DNA from: Bacteroidales bacterium
Lineage (GTDB): Bacteria; Bacteroidota; Bacteroidia; Bacteroidales; UBA3824
Length of the DNA stretch: 64,000 nt
Reading direction: 5' to 3'
NCBI GenBank assembly: GCA_017417315.1
Contig: JAFPZK010000068.1
Location: forward strand, 5,104-69,103
A program made the translations under genes and the position numbers. This document shows, in pieces, positions 10,606 through 18,652 of this stretch; position 1 is the first letter of the stretch; each line of letters starts with the position of its first letter. The notes under the pieces are model-generated. The model made no database searches, had not been told where the DNA came from, and saw nothing but the letters and a program-made list of their open reading frames with translations.

Positions 10606-10648
10606 AAACCGCCGTTTGAATATTTTTTTTCAAAACGGCGGTTTTTTT
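10606..10648 (+). terminator. rho-independent terminator after the GH3 gene
   Basis: Stem aaaccgccgttttga / caaaacggcggttt followed by a T-run. Confidence 0.7.
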
Positions 10649-10649
10649 A

Positions 10650-10657
10650 TATATTTG
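10650..10657 (+). promoter_or_regulatory. -7 box TAtaTTTG
   Basis: Lies 37 nt upstream of ATG 10694. Confidence 0.4.
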
Positions 10658-10693
10658 TAAGCGAAAAATCGTAAAATTAAATTATAAACTTTC

Positions 10694-12384
10694 ATGAAAA
10701 AGACAATTTTTATTCCTGTTATCGCCGCATTGACGATTTACGCTTGCGGCGGCGGACAGCAAAATCAAACTGCAAAAAACACTGACACAACGGTTACCGT
10801 TAATACAGACGTTGCCGCTGATACAGACGTTGCACAAAACGTCCCTACGGATTCCGTTCCCGACCGCTGAAAAAATTCGTCAAAACACTGCCGCAAAATC
10901 CTGATAAACAGGTGTATAATCAGTCAGAGGTTAACGATGAGGATTACAGCGGTAATTTTTGTTTCGGTTATCCGCTAAAAAGCGGCGGCTATCTTACTCT
11001 GTTTCAACATACTAAAATGAACGATTACGGCGGTAGTCAGACGTTAAAAGTCTATACTTTCAAGGACGGCAAATTTTACAACGCCGACAACTATTTGCCG
11101 ATTCCCGATGTTAAATTTTTATTTCTGAGCGATAAAACAAAGGGACACGAACAAGATGTGAAAGAAATTACGGCTATTTTCAACAAACGCCAACGCGATT
11201 TTATTGTTTATGCTTTTAACGACAAAAAACCTGAACTTCGCGCCAAACTTTCAGTAGAGTTCAGTGAGGCTGAACATAAAGACAGTTATAGAGAAGTAAT
11301 TGATTACAGAGGTCTTATGCAATGTTATCAATGGGACGGCGAAAAATTTGTTTTCGTTGATAAATTTGCCGAATTTATGAAAAACCTTCCCAAAAATCCC
11401 GACAAACCTAAATATCAGGAAAATGATTTTTATGGCGTTCCGGGAGATTTTACGAGCATTACCGAAGATTATTATGCTTTTCCGCTCAAAGACGGCGGTT
11501 ATATGGGAATGTTTAGTTTTTGCGGAGAATGTGAGGCTTCGATGTGGTGGGGCGACTATACGTATATTTTCAAAGACGGCACTTTAACGAAGAAAGACGG
11601 CATACTTCCCGTGCCTGATGCCGCACTTCTTCTCGACGAAGAAAAATGCAAACAGAATCCGTCAAAGGCAGCCGACATTACCAAACAATATAACGCAGAC
11701 CCGAAAGCGTATCTTCTTTACTCTATTACGGAAAGCGGCAATTTAGGAATAAGTATGACAGGCAGCGGTTGCGAACAATGGGGCGAAGACGATTTGGATT
11801 ACATGAAAAATGCCGACTATAAATGGGACGGCGAAAAATTCGTCAGCCTTGCCGTCAATGCCAATGTTGCCGCCGAAGTTGCCGCAAAAATAGACATCGA
11901 CCGCAAAGAATGGAATAAGGGTCAGAGTAACAACAATTTGATGTACACGTTTTCAAACGAATTTCGTGAAGAGCCTGCCACTGTTACCGTTTATTGTTTT
12001 CCTTTCAAAGACGGCGGACATTTTGTCGTAAAAATGTTGAGTGATGTAGGAGATTGGACATGCGACGAATACACTTACAAAGGCGGCGTTTTAAACGATA
12101 CGCAAAATGTTTTGCCGGTTTGTGCCTCGGTTGCCGATATGCTCAACCCTGACGAACTGAAAGGACACGAAAAAGATTTACAAGAACTTGAAAAATTTTA
12201 TAAAGAGAATCCGAGAAATTTTATTTGTTATTGGTTTGACGTTCAAGAACAGTCGGTTTCGTTGGAGTTTCGACCATTTGGCGGACTTGATTGGGACGAA
12301 GAAAAGATAGAAACATTTTTTCAAATGAACCGCAATCCCAGCATCAAATACAAATGGAATGGCGAAAAATTCGTAAAGGAATAA
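10694..12384 (+). pseudogene. lipoprotein with three ~160-aa WNGEKFV-type repeats; signal-peptide part out of frame with the body
   Basis: 10694-10870 encodes MKKTIFIPVIAALTIYACGGGQQ... (lipobox) and stops at TGA 10868-10870. The 490-aa body (track 10912-12384) has no signal peptide, and its frame is open upstream to 10822 (…LKKFVKTLPQNPDK matches the inter-repeat linker EKFVFVDKFAEFMKNLPKNPDK). A single 1-nt shift between 10822 and 10868 would fuse them. This could be a true frameshift or a sequencing error. Confidence 0.55.
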
Positions 12385-12531
12385 TTTTCGTTTCAGCAAA
12401 ATTCATTAACGAAAATTGCTGAAACAAGGTTTAAAAAGTGCGTTTCAGCAGTTTTCGAACATCATAAAAACACTTTGTCATATACAAAATAATGCTTATA
12501 TTTCGGGCGACAAATAAATCACTTACCAATT

Positions 12532-13162
12532 ATGAAAAAACAATTTTTTATTCTTTCCCTTTCGGCATTGACGTTGTTTTCGTGCGGGGGAAATCAGCAG
12601 AGAGAAACTACAAAAAACACGGAAAACACCAAAGCCGATTCCGTAAAAACCGTTGAAATTCCGGCAGAAAAGCCTGTCGAAAAACCCAAACCGCCTGAGC
12701 CTTATTCAGTTGACAATTTCAGCGGCAAATTCGTCGAAACGCCGGAGCGTCGGTATTTTGTTTTCCGTTCAAAAGCGGCGGACATCTTGTTGTAAGTTCA
12801 AGTTTTTTCAGCGGACCGGGCTGTGCTGCCGACTATTACTACGAACGTATATGTTGAAAAACAACGTTTTAGACACGATAAATGCGGGCTTTTTACCCGT
12901 TCCGAAATTGGAAGATTTGCTGAATCCAAACGAAAAGGCAAATTATAAAGAGCAGATTTCCGAGTTCAAAGCGATGTACGACAAAGACCCGATGAATTAT
13001 CTGCACTATAATTTTGACGTTCCTACCTCGTTGAAAGTTTCGCTTTATCCATGGGATTGTGAAGATGCTTATTGCGAAATGGACAAAGTAATGCTCAGTC
13101 TTGACAACGGCGACAAAGTTCCCGAATACACTTGGAACGGCGAAAAATTTGTCAGGAAATAA
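12532..13162 (+). pseudogene. single-repeat paralogue of the WNGEKFV lipoprotein, disrupted by two frameshifts
   Basis: 12532-12795 (lipobox LFSCGG) and 12653-13162 (ends EYTWNGEKFVRK) are in different frames. Reading through with shifts near 12765 and 12846 gives YFVF(P)FKSGGHLVV...DYYYE.YMLKNNVLD, collinear with VYCFPFKDGGHFVV...DEYTYKGGVLND of the upstream gene. Confidence 0.55.
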
Positions 13163-13288
13163 TGTTAGAAGATCAGTAGAAAGATAACGTGTTAAAAAAA
13201 ACGAGATTTTTTAACATGAGAAAGATAACGTGTTAAAAAAAACGGATTTTTTTAACACGTTATTTCTATTTGTTGCCATAATCAAGAA
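13162..13288. repeat. direct-repeat copy A (3' stub of a 15221-type gene + palindromic bidirectional terminator, internally duplicated + Fic 3' end)
   Basis: atgttagaagatcagtagaaagataacgtgttaaaaaaa...tttttttaacacgttatttctatttgttgccataatcaag matches 15602-15686. Hairpins aacgtgttaaaaaa/ttttttaaca(c/t)g lie at 13186-13218 and 13227-13261. Confidence 0.7.
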
Positions 13289-14366
13289 ATAAATCTCTGA
13301 GTTTTGTATTGATATAATAATTATCCTTTCCGAATTTTTCCCGATTAAGCAATCCTAATTCAACGATTTTATCCAAATATTTCGCCGCAGTTTGTCGCGA
13401 AACTTGCATATTAGTAACCACGTGGTCAATTTTAGTGTAAGGGTGATAAAACATACCGTTTAATAATTCGTGATTGTATTTGCTACCAAATTCAGGACGA
13501 AGTATGTTTTTAAACTCGTTCATAAGCGCACCAATACTATTGACAAGCGAAATAGTGTCTTCTGCCGTAATCTCTATGCCTTTGAGTATAAACAAAATCC
13601 ATGCTTCCCATTGAGGAAGATTATCTGTATTTTTAGTTCTAATGTCTTGTAAAAGACGATAATATTCTCCTTTGTTTCTTGTGATATAACGACTTAAATA
13701 TAAAATCGGAATATCTAATAATCCGGAAATCACAAGGTATAAAATATTGATAATACGCCCTGTACGACCATTGCCGTCGTAAAAAGGATGAATGCTTTCA
13801 AACTGATGATGGATTATTGCCATTTTGATAAGCGGGTCTAAATTGCATATTGAATCATCGTTGATAAACATTTCGAGATTTTTCATATACTTCAAAACGT
13901 CAACACCGTCTTGTGGCGGAGTGTATATTACTTTGCCGTCGTTCTGACGTTTGAGTTGTGTGCCGGGTGTAGTTCTGAATCCTGCCGAATTATGCTCCAA
14001 TGCCTCTTGAATCATCTTTATATGATTGAGTGTCAATATATTTTTTGTCCTTACAGCATTGAATCCTTTGTTGATAGCCTCACGATAAAATAAAACTTCT
14101 TTGGCTGCTGCATTGATATTTTGATTCGCAAATCCTAACCCCGCAGTGTATAAATCATCTTGGGTTGTAACGATATTTTCTATTGCCGAACTATCTTTTG
14201 CTTCTTGTAGAGTAAGAGTGCTGATAAGTATTTTCTCGTTAGGTATAGTACGTGCAACACCTTTCAACTCAGCAAGTTTACGGTTAGATTTGTTCACTTG
14301 TTTAAGTATGTCTTTTGTTTCCAAATCGTAAGGCAAAGGCAATTCGGGGATAATATAGTTACTCAT
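13266..14366 (-). CDS. Fic family protein (AMPylase-type)
   Basis: 366 aa with the canonical Fic motif HPFYDGNGRTGR and a C-terminal wHTH-like tail. Confidence 0.9.
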   Translation of the reverse strand: MSNYIIPELPLPYDLETKDILKQVNKSNRKLAELKGVARTIPNEKILISTLTLQEAKDSSAIENIVTTQDDLYTAGLGFANQNINAAAKEVLFYREAINKGFNAVRTKNILTLNHIKMIQEALEHNSAGFRTTPGTQLKRQNDGKVIYTPPQDGVDVLKYMKNLEMFINDDSICNLDPLIKMAIIHHQFESIHPFYDGNGRTGRIINILYLVISGLLDIPILYLSRYITRNKGEYYRLLQDIRTKNTDNLPQWEAWILFILKGIEITAEDTISLVNSIGALMNEFKNILRPEFGSKYNHELLNGMFYHPYTKIDHVVTNMQVSRQTAAKYLDKIVELGLLNREKFGKDNYYINTKLRDLFLDYGNK

Positions 14367-14706
14367 AATTCGAATATTATTTATGCTGCAAAATTAATAA
14401 AAAAACAAGTTGAACGACTTCTTTGGAATATTTTTTTCTGCAATTATTGTTTTCCAATCACATCTCTCACTCTTTCAATATCCACAGCAAAAAGTTCTTT
14501 ACTCTAAAATCTCCCACAACATGTTTTAGAAGAATATGGAATTTCAGCAACAAAATGGGATGAAGATACAGAAAAATACAAAAAAGATACAAAAGATTTT
14601 TTATTATTAGTGTCCGAAAACCGACGATTTTCGAAAAAAAAATTGAGGAAGTCATACGGCTTCCTCTTTTTTTTGATAATTTAGCTGTGCCAACAAAAAA
14701 AATATC

Positions 14707-14921
14707 ATGAACAAAAGTACAAATTATTTCGGACTGCCGGTATTCCAACAGGCAATAAATTTTATAAAAAAATCGGATGTTATTTAAATAGCCTCCGACA
14801 GCCAATCTGACACTACATCGATATGTACAAACTAATCTACAATCCAGAAAAAGAATGGAATGCCGTCAACAAAAAACTTTTCGACCAACAGCTCGAAATC
14901 GTGTTCCCGCAATCACCTTGA
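14707..14921 (+). mobile_element. possible remnant of an IS4-like (DUF4372-type) transposase gene: N-terminal 26 codons plus C-terminal ~32 codons
   Basis: MNKSTNYFGLPVFQQAINFIKKSDVI* (14707-14787) resembles, from memory, the MNK.T.F.GQP.F.Q N-termini of Bacteroides IS4-family transposases. MYKLIYNPEKEWNAVNKK...* (14823-14921) resembles their C-terminal tail. No intact transposase or IRs were identified. Confidence 0.3.
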
Positions 14922-15056
14922 TAAAAATTATAGTTTAAAAGCCTCTACAATACCATTAAACAAATGGTATTACGGTCGTGGTGTTTTTTATCGGACAGCA
15001 ATAATTTTTTATAAAGAATATAATTTTGCATAAAAAAAATTACCTTTGACATTATC

Positions 15057-15150
15057 CTTTATCCCTAAGTGGTTTTAAAAACGAGTTAGGGATAAAGAAT
15101 CCACCCTATACTTTATCCCTAAGTGGTAAAAAAAATGACTTAGGGATAAG
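15057..15150. repeat. tandem pair of hairpins with identical stems (ctttatccctaa(g) / (c)ttagggataa(a)g)
   Basis: Hairpins lie at 15057-15097 and 15111-15150 with 12-13-bp stems and ~17-nt A/T-rich loops, 54 bp apart. They end ~70 bp upstream of ATG 15221. Confidence 0.7.
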
Positions 15151-15193
15151 TTTTAACACTTTGGCAGATGATTTGTTTTGGTAAATGTTGAAT

Positions 15194-15201
15194 TACCTTT
15201 G
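15194..15201 (+). promoter_or_regulatory. -7 box TAccTTTG
   Basis: Lies 20 nt upstream of ATG 15221. Confidence 0.35.
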
Positions 15202-15220
15202 AATAAAAACTCGTAAAATC

Positions 15221-15619
15221 ATGAAAAAATTATCAATCTTTTTAGTGCTTTTCTTGGCGGTGTTTAGTGTTGCCGCTCAGGAAAAATATTCCGGTAAAAT
15301 CGGAGAGTTTAATGTTATCGCTTTTATAGATATGCGAGCCGCAGAAGATGCTCAGCAAGGCGATTCAGTTGGTTATTATTTCTACAACGACCGCCCGAAA
15401 ACCAAGTTTACGCTCAAACTGAAATCTTACGAAGAAGTTATTACCGAAAATTTTGAATCGTTCCGTACCTCGTATCACATAATTTTAAACGAATACACGC
15501 CAAAAGGCTTTAATTCAGGTACTTTTGATGGTTGGACAGGTGCTTTGAGTAGTGGTTACAACGGAACGTTCACCAATAGTCAGGGCAAAGAATACAATTT
15601 TATGTTAGAAGAGCAGTAG
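15221..15619 (+). CDS. small secreted protein, unknown function
   Basis: 132 aa with signal peptide MKKLSIFLVLFLAVFSVAAQ. Confidence 0.6.
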   Translation: MKKLSIFLVLFLAVFSVAAQEKYSGKIGEFNVIAFIDMRAAEDAQQGDSVGYYFYNDRPKTKFTLKLKSYEEVITENFESFRTSYHIILNEYTPKGFNSGTFDGWTGALSSGYNGTFTNSQGKEYNFMLEEQ

Positions 15620-15686
15620 AAAGATAACGTGTTAAAAAATCCGTTTTTTTAACACGTTGTTTCTATTTATTGCCATAATCGAGGAA
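15602..15686. repeat. direct-repeat copy B (gene end + palindromic terminator 15626-15658 + 24-bp stub of a Fic 3' end)
   Basis: The minus strand of 15663-15686 reads FLDYGNK*, identical to the C-terminus of the Fic gene at 13266. The whole block matches 13162-13288. Confidence 0.7.
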
Positions 15687-15841
15687 TTTTTTTGCAAAGT
15701 TTCGGGCTAAATCGCTTTTTTTTTGATAGATTTAGCCCGAAAGTCTGCAATAACGCGGTGCTATGGCAACCGAAATTACAGTGATATTATTGTGCGAAAT
15801 AAAGTAAAAAAATAGTTTGTTTTAATACGGTATGGATTATT

Positions 15842-16327
15842 TTAAAATTCCATTTTCACCTCAAATTTCGGAAGTTCGTCGCCACTGAAATAGTCCTCGA
15901 AGATTTGAAGATAACTTGCGCGGATGTCTTTGGCAAGATATTGCTCGTCAATGTTTTCCACTTTTGCGAGTAAAGTCTTGTCGGAAACGTGTGTCAAATG
16001 CTCGCGGATTACCTTGAAAAACTTTATCTCGCTGTATTGGATGATGTTGTCGGCACGAATAGTTTTTACAGCGACATCGGCGATTTTTATCTCCTCGTCT
16101 TCCGTCAATTCGGTATCTGCAAGTTCCGAAATGTACTGTTGGAGGAAACGTTTGCCCTTTTGATTGATTTCCTGAACAAGACGAGCAAACTCCGAATTGA
16201 TGTCTATTTCGCCAAAAAGATTGTCCTTAGCCATCTCTTTCAAGAGTTCGACTTCTTCGTCCGCGATGTCACCGTCGCACGACATACAAGCGAAGGCTGT
16301 TTTTAATAATAATTCGTTGATTTCCAT
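15842..16327 (-). CDS. TerB-like (tellurite-resistance TerB / DjlA N-domain-like) protein
   Basis: 161 aa, all-helical and acidic. The pattern AFACMSCDGDIADEEVELLKEMA ... IKIADVAVKTIRADNIIQYSEIKFF is typical of TerB repeats. Last gene of the Hsp70 operon. Confidence 0.65.
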   Translation of the reverse strand: MEINELLLKTAFACMSCDGDIADEEVELLKEMAKDNLFGEIDINSEFARLVQEINQKGKRFLQQYISELADTELTEDEEIKIADVAVKTIRADNIIQYSEIKFFKVIREHLTHVSDKTLLAKVENIDEQYLAKDIRASYLQIFEDYFSGDELPKFEVKMEF

Positions 16328-16340
16328 TGTATTAGTGTTT

Positions 16341-18629
16341 TTAATTGTTAATGCTATTTGTTAGTTTGTATTCTATAAATTCTCGTTCTGCAACCATATT
16401 GGGAACATTTTGAGAAAAAACAAAGCCAATCTTATTTAAAAGTTTTTCGCTTTGGATATTGCCTTTTTCAACAACTGCCGCCAATTCGTCGATGCCGAAT
16501 CTGAAAAACAACAAGTCGATGACTTTTGATAATGCAAAAGTCATAATGCCCTTATTTTCAAATGGTTCAAAGAGAAAGTATGAAATATCCCATTCGATGA
16601 AATTATGTTTCATCAGGTTTAATTTGGGCGTGTTTACCCAAATTGCACCTGCAAATTCGTTTTTGTAACGAATTGTGTATGCAAAACCTAACTTTTTATT
16701 CAAAATAAACGACTGCGATTTCAGGAGTTTCGCCCCTGATTCCACGCCTCCAAGATATTGTCGGATGCGTCCAACGCTGACATATTTATCGGCTTGCTCA
16801 ATGAAACTATCAGCCCAATCCGCGTTATCTTTTATTAGCAAAAGTTTATAATCTCCGCATAGAATGTCGCCAAGCGAAAAACTATCTGAGTTAGTTGAAT
16901 TGCTGTTTTCAACACCCATAAACTTGTCGCGGATTTCCTCGTGGCGTTTGATTTGCTCTACCGAAAGGCTTGGTTTGGTTTCAGAAATCGCTTCTTCCAA
17001 CAGAGCCATAGATATTTTGTCCATTCCACGACGGAAGGCAAGCCGCGCCGCCGTATCTATCACCAAACTAAGGTCGGCAGAAATATAATTTTCAGTTAGC
17101 CCTGCAAGTCGGTCGTAATCAATGCCAAAGTCGTATTTTCTTTTTGAAATACTGATTTTGAAAATTTCTTTGCGAGTTTCAAAATCGGGCTGCGGAATAT
17201 AATATTTCAATTCCAAACGTCCTGCCCTAAGAGCCGCTTCGTCGATGTCCATCGGTTTGTTGGTTGCGCCAATAACAAGTACGTTGTCTTTGCCGCAGTT
17301 GTTGAGTTGCATAAGAAACTCATTTACAGCCCCTGCCGTGGTTACGTTGTTGTGGTCGCTTCGGTCGCGGATTATGGAATCCACCTCGTCGAGAAACAAT
17401 ATCGTGGGGGCATTTTTGCGAGCCTCGTTGAAAATGTCGGCAATCTTGCCCTTGCCGCCGTCGATGTATGGCGACGCAACGTCAGACCCCTTTACATACT
17501 GATAGTTGAACCCTGTTTCCTCGGCAAATTTTTCTGCAAAAAACGTTTTGCCGCATCCGGGAGGCCCGTAAAAGAGCAATCCGTTGGGCAACGACAAACC
17601 TAACGATTTGGCTTGTTCGGGATTATTGAGCAACGATATAACATCCGATTGCAACTGTTCTTTCAATTCTTTCATGCCCGCCACGTCGGCAAATCCACCG
17701 CGTTTGCGTTTTGGACGTTCCTCTGTAACAGTCTCTTTTTTAACGTTTTGGGTAATTGGCGCAGATACGGCAATTTCGCCGTCTAAGGCTTTTATAAAAT
17801 CCTCTGCCGTTTGAAAACGGTCTGAAATTTCGTTGCTCAACGCTTTTGAAATGATGTTCAAAAGGTTTTCGTCCAGCTCGAATTTTTCTATGTCGGGATA
17901 TTTAAGCGTTTTTGACCTTGATGCAGATAATTTTTCGTCAATTTGGTCGCTATCCATTCCCGAAACGTCGAAAAACCACGGCAACGAGCCAAATAAAAGG
18001 TTGTAAATCAGCACTCCAACAGAATAAAGGTCTGACTGTATGCAACAAACACCGTTGAATCTTTCGGGAGCAAGATAAAAAGGGTTAACTTCCTTTAAAT
18101 CAGGCTTTGCAGGCTTTTGATTCAAGAATCTTGCGTTACCAAAGTCAATGAGTTTTAGTTTTTGTAAATCGCCCGAAAGGTTCAACAATATGTTTTGAAC
18201 CGTGATTTCATTATGGATTATCGGAATATTCAGATTATGAACGTATTGCAATGCCGAAAGTATTGCTTTTGCAATTTCTTTGGTTTCAAACACGCTTAAA
18301 TCGCCATCGCGCAAAATTCGTTTGTCTAATGTTTCGCTGCTTACAAATTCGGTTACAAAATATGCCAAATTTTGACCGCTTGAAATAATTTTGCCGTTGT
18401 TTTCAAATCTGCAAAGATTTCTGTGTTTCAGTTGTTTGGCAACTTCTATTTCGATAATGTTTCCGTTTTCGTCTATCTGATTTTTGTTGAGTTTTGAGTA
18501 GTAAATCAGTTTCAGAAACCGCAGTTTTCCCTCGCTATTCCGCACGCGGTATGTTTCCGCATAAGAGCCTTCCTTATGCGGAAATACCACCGTGTAAGAG
18601 TCGATATTTTGTCCTTTTTGAAAGAGCAT
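16341..18629 (-). CDS. triple fusion: Ser/Thr-kinase-like domain + classical AAA+ ATPase + GNAT acetyltransferase-like domain
   Basis: Kinase (aa ~1-290): LRFLKLI (beta3 Lys), catalytic loop IIHNEITVQNILL (HRD replaced by HNE), DFG (LIDFGNA) and APE (YLAPERF). AAA+ (aa ~320-565): GPPGCGKT, ILFLDEVDS, ALRAGRLE. C-terminus (aa ~600-762): GNAT-like NKGIMTFALSKVIDLLFFRFGIDELAAVVEKGNIQSEKLLNKIGF. Confidence 0.85.
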   Translation of the reverse strand: MLFQKGQNIDSYTVVFPHKEGSYAETYRVRNSEGKLRFLKLIYYSKLNKNQIDENGNIIEIEVAKQLKHRNLCRFENNGKIISSGQNLAYFVTEFVSSETLDKRILRDGDLSVFETKEIAKAILSALQYVHNLNIPIIHNEITVQNILLNLSGDLQKLKLIDFGNARFLNQKPAKPDLKEVNPFYLAPERFNGVCCIQSDLYSVGVLIYNLLFGSLPWFFDVSGMDSDQIDEKLSASRSKTLKYPDIEKFELDENLLNIISKALSNEISDRFQTAEDFIKALDGEIAVSAPITQNVKKETVTEERPKRKRGGFADVAGMKELKEQLQSDVISLLNNPEQAKSLGLSLPNGLLFYGPPGCGKTFFAEKFAEETGFNYQYVKGSDVASPYIDGGKGKIADIFNEARKNAPTILFLDEVDSIIRDRSDHNNVTTAGAVNEFLMQLNNCGKDNVLVIGATNKPMDIDEAALRAGRLELKYYIPQPDFETRKEIFKISISKRKYDFGIDYDRLAGLTENYISADLSLVIDTAARLAFRRGMDKISMALLEEAISETKPSLSVEQIKRHEEIRDKFMGVENSNSTNSDSFSLGDILCGDYKLLLIKDNADWADSFIEQADKYVSVGRIRQYLGGVESGAKLLKSQSFILNKKLGFAYTIRYKNEFAGAIWVNTPKLNLMKHNFIEWDISYFLFEPFENKGIMTFALSKVIDLLFFRFGIDELAAVVEKGNIQSEKLLNKIGFVFSQNVPNMVAEREFIEYKLTNSINN

Positions 18630-18652
18630 ATTGTTTTTAATTATACAATTTA

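Noticed and set aside
14467-14805. A 112-aa minus-strand ORF in the AT-rich gap downstream of the Fic promoter region.
   Set aside because: It has no motif and a hydrophobic, low-complexity composition. It crosses an orphan terminator and the putative IS remnant, so it is probably spurious.
15697-15760. Hairpin gcaaagtttcgggctaaatc-N15-gatttagcccgaaagtctgc, considered as the terminator of the Hsp70 operon.
   Set aside because: Read on the minus strand it is followed by an A-run rather than a T-run. It shares its stem with the terminator at 29304-29344. It therefore looks like a relic of a paralogous gene's 3' flank rather than the operon terminator, and its function is left open.
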